From: Acidobacteriota bacterium
Lineage (GTDB): Bacteria; Acidobacteriota; Thermoanaerobaculia; Gp7-AA8
NCBI GenBank assembly: GCA_019244185.1
Contig: JAFATB010000023.1
Span: 288,001-352,000, forward strand
Reading direction: 5' to 3'
Length of the DNA stretch: 64,000 nucleotides
The notes beneath the pieces are model-generated. The model saw only the letters and a program-made list of their open reading frames with translations. It had not been told where the DNA came from and made no database searches. A program made the translations under genes and the position numbers. Shown piece by piece: positions 19,178-27,471 of this stretch; position 1 is the first letter of the stretch; each line of letters opens with the position of its first letter.

Positions 19178-21100
19178 CTAAGACGCGCGGCGCTTCGCGG
19201 CCGCCGTCTTGGTCGTGCCATACGTGCTGGCGCGCGGCGACGTGTTGCCCGACCCGTCGACCGCTTCGAGCGCGTAGGTGTAGCGCGTGCCGGAGAGGAG
19301 GCCGGTGTCGACGTACGACTGCGTCGTGATGCGCGCGATCTGCACGCCGTTGCGATAGAGCACGTACGCGGCGATGCCGACGTTGTCGAACGACTTGCCC
19401 CACGACAGCGAGATGGACGTCGTGGTGACGGCGGCGGGGCTGAACGGCAGCGGGATCGTCGGCGCCTGCACGTCGCCGGTGCCGGGGTTCGGCGCGGACG
19501 CGACGGTGGCCACGGCGACGGTCGCGCTGCGCGCGGACTCGAGGCCGTTCGTGCCGATCGCGGAGACGGCGTAGGAGTACGTGGCCGCGGAGGCGAGGCC
19601 GGTGTCGACCCACGTCGTCGAGGCGGTGGTGCCGAGGGCCACGCCGTTGCGGTACATCGTGTAGTTCTTCACCGAGCCGGTGGAGGCGCTCCAGTTGATC
19701 GTGACGGTCGTGCCGGACGCGGAGCCGGTCACGTTGACCGGAACGCTCGGAGCCACCGGCGCGGGCGCGGAGGCGCTGCTGAACTCCTGCGCGCCGATGT
19801 CGTACGAGCTCGTGCGCGCCACGCCGAAGTAATCGTTCGTGACGGTGGCCACGTCGGCGCCGCGGCCGATGAGCGGCGAGGTCGAGGTCAGCTTGTAGTC
19901 GGCCGCGGTGACGCCGCCCGGATTCACGAAACCGGGGTTGAGCAGCACGTCGCCGATGCCCGCGGCCACGCCGGCGATGCCGCCGTACCACGCGTTGTTC
20001 TTGAAGGTCGTGCCGGCGCCTTCGATGTTCGGCGTGTTGACGCCGCCGTTCTGGTAGAAGACGTTGTTCACGAAGAGATTGTTCGCGTGCGCGTCCTGCG
20101 CGATCCAGATCATCTGCTGCGCGGACTTGTAGAACGTGTTGTTCGCCACGACCGCGTTCTTGAGGCCGCCGCCGTTGTCGTACGCGCCGTAGAAGAAGCC
20201 CCAGCGCGTGTTGACGACGATGTTGTTCGTCCACGTGTTGTCGGACGACGGGAGCGAGCTGTCGTAGACCTCGTTGGCCGTGCCGAAGCCGCAGGCGGGC
20301 ATGCCGTCGCGGAAGTAGCGCGAGAGGCCGGTGCTGTAGATGAGGTTCGCGTTGGTGGTGATGAAGCGCGAGTTGTCGACGTAGACGCCGACGCTGAAGT
20401 TGTCGCGGATGGTGTTGTTCTGGACGAGATCGTTCTGCGCGAGGATCGTCACCACGCCTTCGCCGTCGTTCTCGTAGATCGTGTTGTTCGTCACGCGCGA
20501 GTCGTTCGTGCGGACGAGCGAGACGCCGGTGGCCCAGCCGCCGTTCCAGTTGTGCGCCTGGTTCTCGATGACGTTGTGATAGACGGTGTTGCTGTCGACG
20601 GAGTTGTTGTAGCTCTGGCCGAAGCCTTCCGCGCCGACGTAGATGCCGTTGCGAAAGTTGTCGTGGACGGTGTTGTTGATCAGCGTGACGTCGTGCGAGC
20701 CGTAGCTGCAGAGGCCGATCGAGACGCCATTGCGGATCTCGAAGCCGCCGAGGGTGACGAACGCCGCTTCCGAGACGGTGACGACGTTGTTGCCGGTGCC
20801 GACGTTCGCGCCGTCGAAGATGACCTTCTCGTTGGGGTAGGGCTGGAAGGTGATGCGCGCGGTCGCCGTGCCTTTGGAGCCGATCATCACGCGCTCGCTG
20901 TAGATGCCGCCGCGGACCTGAACCGTGTCGCCCGGTTTCACCGCGTACGAGGCGCGCGTCACCGTCTTGAACGGAGCGGCGAGCGAGCCGGCGTTGGCAT
21001 CATTTCCGCTGGTAGCGACGTAGTAAGTCGCGGCGTGGGCGGTGGCGGTGGAGAGCACCGCGAAAAGGACTGCGGCTACGGCAACTTTGAACGAACGCAT
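19178..21100 (-). CDS. Secreted right-handed parallel beta-helix (pectate-lyase-like) protein with two FN3 domains
   Basis: Signal peptide, ATYYVATSGNDANAGS..APFKT, Asn-rich PbH repeats, DIGAQE, two FN3 repeats (TYSYAVSA, RYTYALEAVDGSGN). Confidence 0.88.
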   Translation of the reverse strand: MRSFKVAVAAVLFAVLSTATAHAATYYVATSGNDANAGSLAAPFKTVTRASYAVKPGDTVQVRGGIYSERVMIGSKGTATARITFQPYPNEKVIFDGANVGTGNNVVTVSEAAFVTLGGFEIRNGVSIGLCSYGSHDVTLINNTVHDNFRNGIYVGAEGFGQSYNNSVDSNTVYHNVIENQAHNWNGGWATGVSLVRTNDSRVTNNTIYENDGEGVVTILAQNDLVQNNTIRDNFSVGVYVDNSRFITTNANLIYSTGLSRYFRDGMPACGFGTANEVYDSSLPSSDNTWTNNIVVNTRWGFFYGAYDNGGGLKNAVVANNTFYKSAQQMIWIAQDAHANNLFVNNVFYQNGGVNTPNIEGAGTTFKNNAWYGGIAGVAAGIGDVLLNPGFVNPGGVTAADYKLTSTSPLIGRGADVATVTNDYFGVARTSSYDIGAQEFSSASAPAPVAPSVPVNVTGSASGTTVTINWSASTGSVKNYTMYRNGVALGTTASTTWVDTGLASAATYSYAVSAIGTNGLESARSATVAVATVASAPNPGTGDVQAPTIPLPFSPAAVTTTSISLSWGKSFDNVGIAAYVLYRNGVQIARITTQSYVDTGLLSGTRYTYALEAVDGSGNTSPRASTYGTTKTAAAKRRAS

Positions 21101-21204
21101 CAGGGCCTCCTGGTGCGGATCACCTCGCGCCGGAACGCCCTGACTTCAGGGGAACAGAAGAAACATGCGCGGCGTCTTGCCGCCGCCTCATGCATCACCT
21201 GATC

Positions 21205-21290
21205 ACGTTCGGTAGCCCGGCTTTCTGGCTCGTCCAGATCCGTGGCTTTGCGTCCCTCCGTCGCCGGAGGTTTGCCTTTATCGTGCGACC
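21205..21290 (-). ncRNA. Cyclic di-GMP-I (GEMM-I) riboswitch
   Basis: Minus strand reads CGATAAAGGCAAAC-CTCCG-GCGA-CGGAG-GGACGCAAAGCCACGG...AGCCGGGCTACCGA, with the GGCAAAC, GNRA-capped P2, GACGCAAAGCC and CTACCG consensus features; it lies in the 5' leader of 19178-21100. Confidence 0.9.
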
Positions 21291-21454
21291 GCTAAATTGT
21301 TATTCGGCGTAACGAATCTGCTGCGCCGATATTCCGGGAGATCGTGTAAGTCGTTGAATCGAATGGCGAACTCGACGATATACGCGATTTCCGAGTGAGC
21401 AAATAATATAGCACGGTCGCGCTTCGCGCGTGACGCGGATCACAGAACCGACAA

Positions 21455-22090
21455 ATGAGCGAGGAAGCCAATCAGCGGATGATCCGCGACCAGATCGTCG
21501 CCCGCGGCGTCGCCGACGCGCGCGTCCTCGCCGCGTTCCGCGCCACGCCCCGCGAGCTCTTCGTCCCGCCCGCGTTCCGCCAGTCCGCGTACGACGACAA
21601 CCCGCTGCCGCTCGCGCACGGGCAGACGATCTCGCAGCCGTTCATCGTCGCGCTGATGACCGAGCTTCTGCAGCTGCGCGGCGATGAGAACGTTCTCGAG
21701 ATCGGCGCGGGCTCCGGCTACCAGACCGCGATCCTCGCGCGGCTCGCGCGCACGGTCTACAGCGCCGAGCTCGAGCCCGATCTCGCCGTGGCCGCGCGCG
21801 ACCGCCTCGCGCACCTCGGCATCGACAACGTCGAGCTGCGCGCCGGCGACGGCGTGGCGCTCTTTCAGGAGCACGCTCCGTTCGACGCGATCCTCTCCGC
21901 CGCCGCGCCAGAATTCTTTCCGGAAGCCCTGATCGACCAGCTTGCGGAAGGCGGGCGTTGCATCCTTCCGGTCGGCGCGGCCGACCTGCAGCATCTCTGG
22001 CTCGTCGAGAAACGCAACGGCCGCGTCGACCGGCAGCGGCTCGATGCCGTGCGCTTCGTCCCGCTGCGTGAGGGACGCGATCGGACGTAA
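21455..22090 (+). CDS. pcm: Protein-L-isoaspartate O-methyltransferase
   Basis: GQTISQP, VLEIGAGSGYQTA, APFDAI, VRFVPL. Confidence 0.96.
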   Translation: MSEEANQRMIRDQIVARGVADARVLAAFRATPRELFVPPAFRQSAYDDNPLPLAHGQTISQPFIVALMTELLQLRGDENVLEIGAGSGYQTAILARLARTVYSAELEPDLAVAARDRLAHLGIDNVELRAGDGVALFQEHAPFDAILSAAAPEFFPEALIDQLAEGGRCILPVGAADLQHLWLVEKRNGRVDRQRLDAVRFVPLREGRDRT

Positions 22091-22111
22091 GCGATCAACC
22101 GTAGGGTGCGA

Positions 22112-22477
22112 TCAGCCGTAGTAGTGGCAGCGCGAGGTGCAGGTCTCCTCGATCGTCACGCGATGAAGCTGCGGGACGAGCGACGCGAGCCGCGACCAGA
22201 TCCACATCGCCAGCCGCTCCGACGTCGGGTTCTCGAGTCCGGCCAGGTCGTTGAGCAGATAGTGATCGAGCTCGTCGACGATCGGGTCGACGGCGCGCTT
22301 GAGGTCGGCGAAATCCATTACCCAGCCGAGGTGCGGGTCGATGGGGCCGCGGACGGCGACCTCGCCGCGGAACGAGTGTCCGTGGATGCGGCGGCACTTG
22401 TGTCCCTCCGGCACGTTCGGGAGGAAGTGCGCGGCCTCGAAGCGGAAATCCTTCACGAGCTCGACGACGTCGCTCAC
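22112..22477 (-). CDS. queD: 6-carboxytetrahydropterin synthase
   Basis: FEAAHFLP, C.RIHGHS, LDHYLLN, NPTSE, EET; GTG start 7 nt after TACACT. Confidence 0.95.
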   Translation of the reverse strand: MSDVVELVKDFRFEAAHFLPNVPEGHKCRRIHGHSFRGEVAVRGPIDPHLGWVMDFADLKRAVDPIVDELDHYLLNDLAGLENPTSERLAMWIWSRLASLVPQLHRVTIEETCTSRCHYYG

Positions 22478-22516
22478 GCCGCGGAGTGTATCGCCATGGA
22501 CGTGCAAACTCCGATC

Positions 22517-22532
22517 TGGTAAACGTCTTGCT
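22517..22532 (+). promoter_or_regulatory. sigma-54 promoter candidate
   Basis: TGGTAA-ACGTC-TTGCT, 16 nt before ATG 22549. Confidence 0.55.
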
Positions 22533-22548
22533 GACGGACGTTCTCGTC

Positions 22549-22968
22549 ATGAGCGATTTCAGCGCAGCCGAGCAAGACCGGTCCCTCGGCACGATCATCA
22601 AGGACCTCACCGCCGATCTCTCGACGCTCTTCCGCAGCGAGATCGCGCTCCTCAAACTCGAGATCCGCGACACGCTCGCGAAGCTCGGCGGCGGCGCGGG
22701 TCTTCTTGCCGGCGCGCTGTTTCTCGGGTTCGTCGGACTCGCGTTTCTCTTCGTCACCATCACTCTCGGCTTGGTCGCGCTCGGCGTGCCGGCCTGGCTG
22801 TCGGCGCTGATCGTCACGGTCGTGCTCTTCATCGGCGCGGGCGTGCTGGCCATGCTCGGCAAGAAGAAGCTCTCGGGCGTGCAGTTCGTCCCGAGCCAGT
22901 CCGTCGAGCAGATCAAATCCGACATCGACACGATCAAAGCGGACATCGCCCGCGTGAGGAGCAGGTAA
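22549..22968 (+). CDS. YqjE/YhjD-like two-TM 'phage holin family' protein (host gene)
   Basis: RSLGTIIKDL..DLSTLFRSEIALLKLE, two TM segments, WLSALIV. Confidence 0.8.
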   Translation: MSDFSAAEQDRSLGTIIKDLTADLSTLFRSEIALLKLEIRDTLAKLGGGAGLLAGALFLGFVGLAFLFVTITLGLVALGVPAWLSALIVTVVLFIGAGVLAMLGKKKLSGVQFVPSQSVEQIKSDIDTIKADIARVRSR

Positions 22969-23283
22969 ATGGCGGTCATGGATGAAAAGGCGAGCATCGA
23001 GCACGAGATCGCCCGCGCGCGGAACGACTTCGGCAATCGCATCGACGAGCTCGATCGCACGTTGCGCACGAACTACGATCCGGGCACGCTCGCGCGCCAG
23101 TACGCGCCGCAGATCGTCGCCGGCGGCGCGGTCCTCGGCGTCATCGTCGGCTTCGGCCTGCCGAAGGTCTTCCGCAAGCTCGTGACGTGGGGCGTGCCGC
23201 TCGCGATCGTCGGCATGACCATCAAGAACGTACGCGAGCGCAAAGACGCCGAAGAAGCGCGCACGATGGTCGGGCTGGCGTAG
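22969..23283 (+). CDS. DUF3618-like small membrane protein
   Basis: IEHEIARARNDFGNRIDEL followed by a TM segment; usual partner of the preceding gene. Confidence 0.7.
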   Translation: MAVMDEKASIEHEIARARNDFGNRIDELDRTLRTNYDPGTLARQYAPQIVAGGAVLGVIVGFGLPKVFRKLVTWGVPLAIVGMTIKNVRERKDAEEARTMVGLA

Positions 23284-23416
23284 GCGCGTCAGGCGGCGAT
23301 GCGAGCAGCAACGGACTGCGTGCGATCGAACGCGGGCGGCTTTCGCCTGCGATCGAACAGCGTCCGATCATCGTCTGCGATCCGGGGCTGATCGATCCGC
23401 GGCCGTGCCGTGGCGG

Positions 23417-24127
23417 TTACGCCGTGGCGCTCTGCATCTCCGCGAGCGCCATCTCCAGTGCGGCGCTCTTGAGCTGCTCCTGTTCGCTGAGGTACTCGAC
23501 CTCGGCCTGGCGCGTGGCGGCGGAGGAGAGCTCGCGTTGGCCGAGGATGCAGGACCAGACCAGGAAGACGTCTTCGAAGGCGACCCAGCCGGCATGTTCG
23601 AGGAAGCGCCACCATTCGGGGTTGGCGACGCCGTAGACCGACTCCGGCCAGAGGATGCCGCGCAAGAAGTGGTCGGCGGCGACGACGATAGTCGCGGTCA
23701 GAATGACGGTCCAGTCGAGATAGAACGCGAGGAACGCCAGCGACCCGAAGACGTGAAAGTGCGTTTCGATGCGGCCGCCGGTGAGGTGGATGAGCAAGGC
23801 CGACGACAGCATCTGCGAAGCGGCGATGACGTGGCGCGTCATCAACCTTCCGGGCCGCAGGAGCGCGAGCAGCACGGGCAGGATCGTGATTCCCGCTCCG
23901 GCGAGCACCGCCACCCAGACGTGCATGTGCAGCGCGCGCTCTTTCCCTTCCCATGCATAGGGCGAGACGACGAGCGCGCCGATGATGCCGGCGACGTACT
24001 GCACGACGAGGAGGACGGCGAACATGCGGTCCACTTTCGCGCGGCGGAGTGTCAGTTGCGCGTCGCGCAATTCCGCGGCACGTTCGGACGTGTGCGCATT
24101 GCCGGCGCCGGACATCGAGTCGCTCAT
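23417..24127 (-). CDS. Stand-alone membrane sensor domain (HFHVF type) with no cytoplasmic output domain
   Basis: LLIHLTGGRIETHFHVFGSLAFL, DHFLRG, RFLEHAGWV; ends shortly after a short coiled coil. Confidence 0.75.
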   Translation of the reverse strand: MSDSMSGAGNAHTSERAAELRDAQLTLRRAKVDRMFAVLLVVQYVAGIIGALVVSPYAWEGKERALHMHVWVAVLAGAGITILPVLLALLRPGRLMTRHVIAASQMLSSALLIHLTGGRIETHFHVFGSLAFLAFYLDWTVILTATIVVAADHFLRGILWPESVYGVANPEWWRFLEHAGWVAFEDVFLVWSCILGQRELSSAATRQAEVEYLSEQEQLKSAALEMALAEMQSATA

Positions 24128-24720
24128 CGAGTCTCCTTCTTTTCGATCGCGCAACCGAACACGGGATGCGCACCGTTGCCGTTGCCGGACGTCGCGATGC
24201 GGATCACGTCCTCGCGCCCTTTGTTGATGCCGCTGTGACCGCGCAGCGACGTGATGCCGCCAGCGAAGCGCAGCCGCGCCTGACGGTCGTACAGCAGGAT
24301 CGTGCCGGACGTGTAGCCGCCGAATCGCTTCGCCTCTTTGCCGTCTTCATCGATGATGACGTGGACCCTGCGCAGGCGCGAAGCGGCGTCGAGGACGGAG
24401 CCGCGTTCCCAGCCGGGACGCGCGTCGTGAGGGCGATAGACGAGGACGTAGGGTTGGACCGCGGGCGATTTCTCGAGGATAGCCTCGAGCTCCTCCATGC
24501 TGGCGCGGCTGCAGGAACAGCGCGGATGCACGAGCATGACCAGCGTCCATTCACCGCTGTGCCGCGGCACCACCGTGGACGAGGGCCACGCGGCACCGGC
24601 GACGGCGGCTTCGCCGGGCGTCGTTTCGAAATGGCGGATGGCGGCGAACGCCGTCGCGATGGTGACGGCCCACAGCAGCGACGCGGCGACGATGATGATG
24701 CGGGCGAGCGGCGTTCTCAT
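24124..24720 (-). CDS. RedB-like exported thioredoxin-fold protein
   Basis: TM, then ETTPG, HPRCSCSRAS, EAKRFG..TSG, FAGGIT..RGHSG, PVFGC. Confidence 0.75.
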   Translation of the reverse strand: MRTPLARIIIVAASLLWAVTIATAFAAIRHFETTPGEAAVAGAAWPSSTVVPRHSGEWTLVMLVHPRCSCSRASMEELEAILEKSPAVQPYVLVYRPHDARPGWERGSVLDAASRLRRVHVIIDEDGKEAKRFGGYTSGTILLYDRQARLRFAGGITSLRGHSGINKGREDVIRIATSGNGNGAHPVFGCAIEKKETR

Positions 24721-24893
24721 TGTCGTTTCAGGGCCAGCAGCGGCGACATCGGCTGCTTGTCTTTCTCGAACTTGATCCGGCTCGCGGTGAGCAGCTCGAT
24801 GCGTTGTCCGAGCGGGATGGCCGCGAACTCCGCGGGCGTCAGCTTCGCGATCCGGCCATCCGGATACGTGATCGTGGCAACGTCAAAGTTCAT
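24717..24893 (-). CDS. Small hypothetical protein (58 aa), first gene of the Red-like trio
   Basis: GGAG SD before ATG 24893; stop overlaps the next start (ATGA); EFAAIPLGQRIELL. Confidence 0.65.
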   Translation of the reverse strand: MNFDVATITYPDGRIAKLTPAEFAAIPLGQRIELLTASRIKFEKDKQPMSPLLALKRQ

Positions 24894-24978
24894 CGACCAC
24901 TCCGGAGCTCTCTCTTGGGCGGGGTGCAAAGCAGTGTAAGAGAACGATTCCCGACGTGCAAGCGCGGCTGCAACCTCC

Positions 24979-26061
24979 TCACTTCACCCGCACATACCGC
25001 GCGCCCGGCAGCGCGCGGATCCAGCCTCCGAGCTCGAGCTGCAGCAGATCGTTCGCGAGTGAGGCCGACGGTTTGCCGCCGAGCTTCTGCGTGAGCGTGT
25101 CGATGTGCGCGCCCTCATCGTGCGTGAGCGCCGCGAGCACGTCGGCGAGGGCGGGCGGCGGCGGCTCGGGCGGCGGCGCGGATGCGAGTTGGAAATCGCC
25201 GGGGAGTTCTTCGACGATGTCGTTCGCGTCGTGCACGAGCTTCGCGCCGTATTGAATCAGCCGATGCGTGCCCTCGGAGCCGGCGGAGAAGATCGAGCCG
25301 GGGACGGCGAAGACTTCGCGTCCTTGTTCCGCCGCCATGCGCGCGGTGACCAGCGAGCCGCTGTGGCGCGTCGCCTCGACGATCACCGTGCCGAGCGCGA
25401 GTCCGGAGATGACGCGGTTGCGGATCGGGAAGTGCTCGCGCTTCGGCGGTGCGCCGGGCGGGAACTCGCTGACGATCAAGCCTTCGCGTTCGATGCTCCG
25501 GAACAGACGTGCATTCGAGCGCGGATAGACGACGTCGATGCCGGTGCCGAGCACCGCGATGGTCTTGCCGTTCGCGGCGAGCGCCGCGTGGTGTGCGGCG
25601 GCGTCGATGCCGAGGGCGAGCCCGGAGACGATCGTGAGTCCGGCGGAGGCGAGCGCGCGCGTGAGGTGTTGCGCGGCGTTGATCGCGTACGGCGACGCGC
25701 GGCGCGAGCCGACGACGGCGACCGCGGGCTTCGCGAGCAGCGAGACATCGCCGCGCACGTGCAGCACGAGCGGCGGATCGGCGATCTCGCGCAGCAGCGG
25801 CGGATACGCATCATCGACGAGCGTCACCACGCGTTCGCGCAGCGCGTCGACGAGCGGCCGTGTTTTCGGTGTTAACGGATTCCTTACGTCTTCGGCTTGC
25901 GCCGGAGTTACGCTCAGCAAACCTTCGATCGTGCTGGATGAAGCCTGTCGAACGGAGTCGATCGGTTCGAAGACATCCAGCAGCAGGCGAGTCCGATTCG
26001 GGGTGAGAAAGGGGAAGAGCGAGAGCGCGATGAGGATGTCGCGCGCGGCGGGATCGTTCAT
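24979..26061 (-). CDS. dprA: DNA-processing protein DprA
   Basis: YPPLLREIADPP, VAVVGSR, IVSGLALGIDAAAH, FPIRNRVISGL, SGSLVTA. Confidence 0.96.
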   Translation of the reverse strand: MNDPAARDILIALSLFPFLTPNRTRLLLDVFEPIDSVRQASSSTIEGLLSVTPAQAEDVRNPLTPKTRPLVDALRERVVTLVDDAYPPLLREIADPPLVLHVRGDVSLLAKPAVAVVGSRRASPYAINAAQHLTRALASAGLTIVSGLALGIDAAAHHAALAANGKTIAVLGTGIDVVYPRSNARLFRSIEREGLIVSEFPPGAPPKREHFPIRNRVISGLALGTVIVEATRHSGSLVTARMAAEQGREVFAVPGSIFSAGSEGTHRLIQYGAKLVHDANDIVEELPGDFQLASAPPPEPPPPALADVLAALTHDEGAHIDTLTQKLGGKPSASLANDLLQLELGGWIRALPGARYVRVK

Positions 26062-26160
26062 GCGTTGCGTGAGGGCGCCGGAAGGCGCGCGCGGACGGAA
26101 CGTCCACGGCAGCGGGAACGGCCGCAGTATAAACTCTTCGCTCGACAGAAGGAGACTGGG

Positions 26161-26730
26161 ATGAAACGGGCGTTCGCGTCATCGATCACCATCGTCGTTC
26201 TCCTGGCCTGCGTCGCCGGCTGCCGGTCGAGCCGCACCGATGCGACCAGCGCCGATTCGCAGCGCCGCTTCGGCGTGCGCATGGCCAAGATGAATCTCTG
26301 GCGCGAGGCGCAGTTCCGCTTCAAGCGCGCCGTCGACATCGACCCGAAAGACGCGATGGCGCACAACAACCTCGCCGTCGCCTACGAAGCCAACGGCGAC
26401 TTCGACAACGCGCTCAAGGAGTATCGCGAGGCGCTGCGCCTCGATCGCGGTAACCAGTACATCCAGAAGAACTACAGCCGCTTCGTCGAGTTCACCACGA
26501 AGAGCAAGAAGAAGCCGCCGACGCGCACGGCCTCGGGAACGACGCTGAGCTCGCCCACGACCACTCCGATCAATACCGGCGCCACGCCGCCGTCGATCAC
26601 GCCGCCGTCCGTGTCCACGCCCGCCGCGCCGAACGCGGGACCGCTCGCGCCCGCGCCGCCGCCGTCATCGATCCCGACACCGGCCGCTCCGCCCGCCACC
26701 AGCACCAATCCACCACTGGGAGATCTGTGA
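26161..26730 (+). CDS. TPR lipoprotein with a Pro/Thr-rich tail
   Basis: AAGGAG SD, lipobox VAGC, TPR AMAHNNLAVAYEANG. Confidence 0.85.
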   Translation: MKRAFASSITIVVLLACVAGCRSSRTDATSADSQRRFGVRMAKMNLWREAQFRFKRAVDIDPKDAMAHNNLAVAYEANGDFDNALKEYREALRLDRGNQYIQKNYSRFVEFTTKSKKKPPTRTASGTTLSSPTTTPINTGATPPSITPPSVSTPAAPNAGPLAPAPPPSSIPTPAAPPATSTNPPLGDL

Positions 26731-27431
26731 TGAAACGCGCTGCAATCACCGTTGCTGCCGCCGTGCTGTTCCCGCTGCTGGTTCCCGCGGCCGCGTCCGC
26801 GGACGTGATGGAAGTGAAGCTGAAGCTCCCGGTCAAACCGAAACTGCAGATCACGGGCGACGAGAAGATCGCCGTCGCGCCGTTCATCATCGCGTCCAAC
26901 GGCGAGAAGAAAGCCGATCGCGCGGCGAAGGTGGACGTGCAGACGGAGTTCAACCGCTATCTGCGCAAGCAGCTGACGAAGTCGACGAAGCTGCGTCTGG
27001 TCGACGTGCCGAAGACCAAGCTGCCGGGCAACGACATCCGCTCGCTCGAGGCCGCGCGCGACTACTGGAAAGACCTCGGTGCGCAGACCGGCGCCGACTA
27101 CATCGTCTCCGGCATCGTCGACTTCGACATCAACGACAAGTCGGGCTACAAGACCGAGGAGTACACGTCACCGGCGGACGGCCGCGCGTTCTACCGGCAG
27201 GTGCTCGTCGAGTCGACCGGCTTCGTGTTCGACATCGACCTGGCGGTGTTCAACGCCGACACGGGCGAGATGGTCCTCGAAGAGAACTTCCGCGACTTCA
27301 AGGAATTCGATCAGCGCAACTACGACGAGATTCTCGGCCTTTTCGAAAATCTCCGCTCGCTCGAGAGCCAGCTCGTCGGCATTTTCGTCGCGCAGGAAAC
27401 CTCGGCCACCCGGTACGTCTTCGCGAACTGA
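26727..27431 (+). CDS. Exported protein, TolB-N/CsgG-like alpha/beta fold (tentative)
   Basis: Signal peptide, KIAVAPF, LGAQTGADYIVSG; coupled to the upstream gene. Confidence 0.6.
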   Translation: MMKRAAITVAAAVLFPLLVPAAASADVMEVKLKLPVKPKLQITGDEKIAVAPFIIASNGEKKADRAAKVDVQTEFNRYLRKQLTKSTKLRLVDVPKTKLPGNDIRSLEAARDYWKDLGAQTGADYIVSGIVDFDINDKSGYKTEEYTSPADGRAFYRQVLVESTGFVFDIDLAVFNADTGEMVLEENFRDFKEFDQRNYDEILGLFENLRSLESQLVGIFVAQETSATRYVFAN

Positions 27432-27471
27432 TTCGATCGGTCCACGGGCAATTCGAAAGTTGGAGGCTCAC

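Noticed and set aside
21205-21290. Riboswitch as the cGAMP-sensing variant, or as controller of the whole EPS cluster
   Set aside because: The discriminator nucleotide is G, and a terminator plus separate promoter motifs follow the first gene.
22549-23283. 'Phage holin' as evidence of a prophage
   Set aside because: YqjE-like plus DUF3618-like pairs are ordinary host genes, and no phage genes are nearby.
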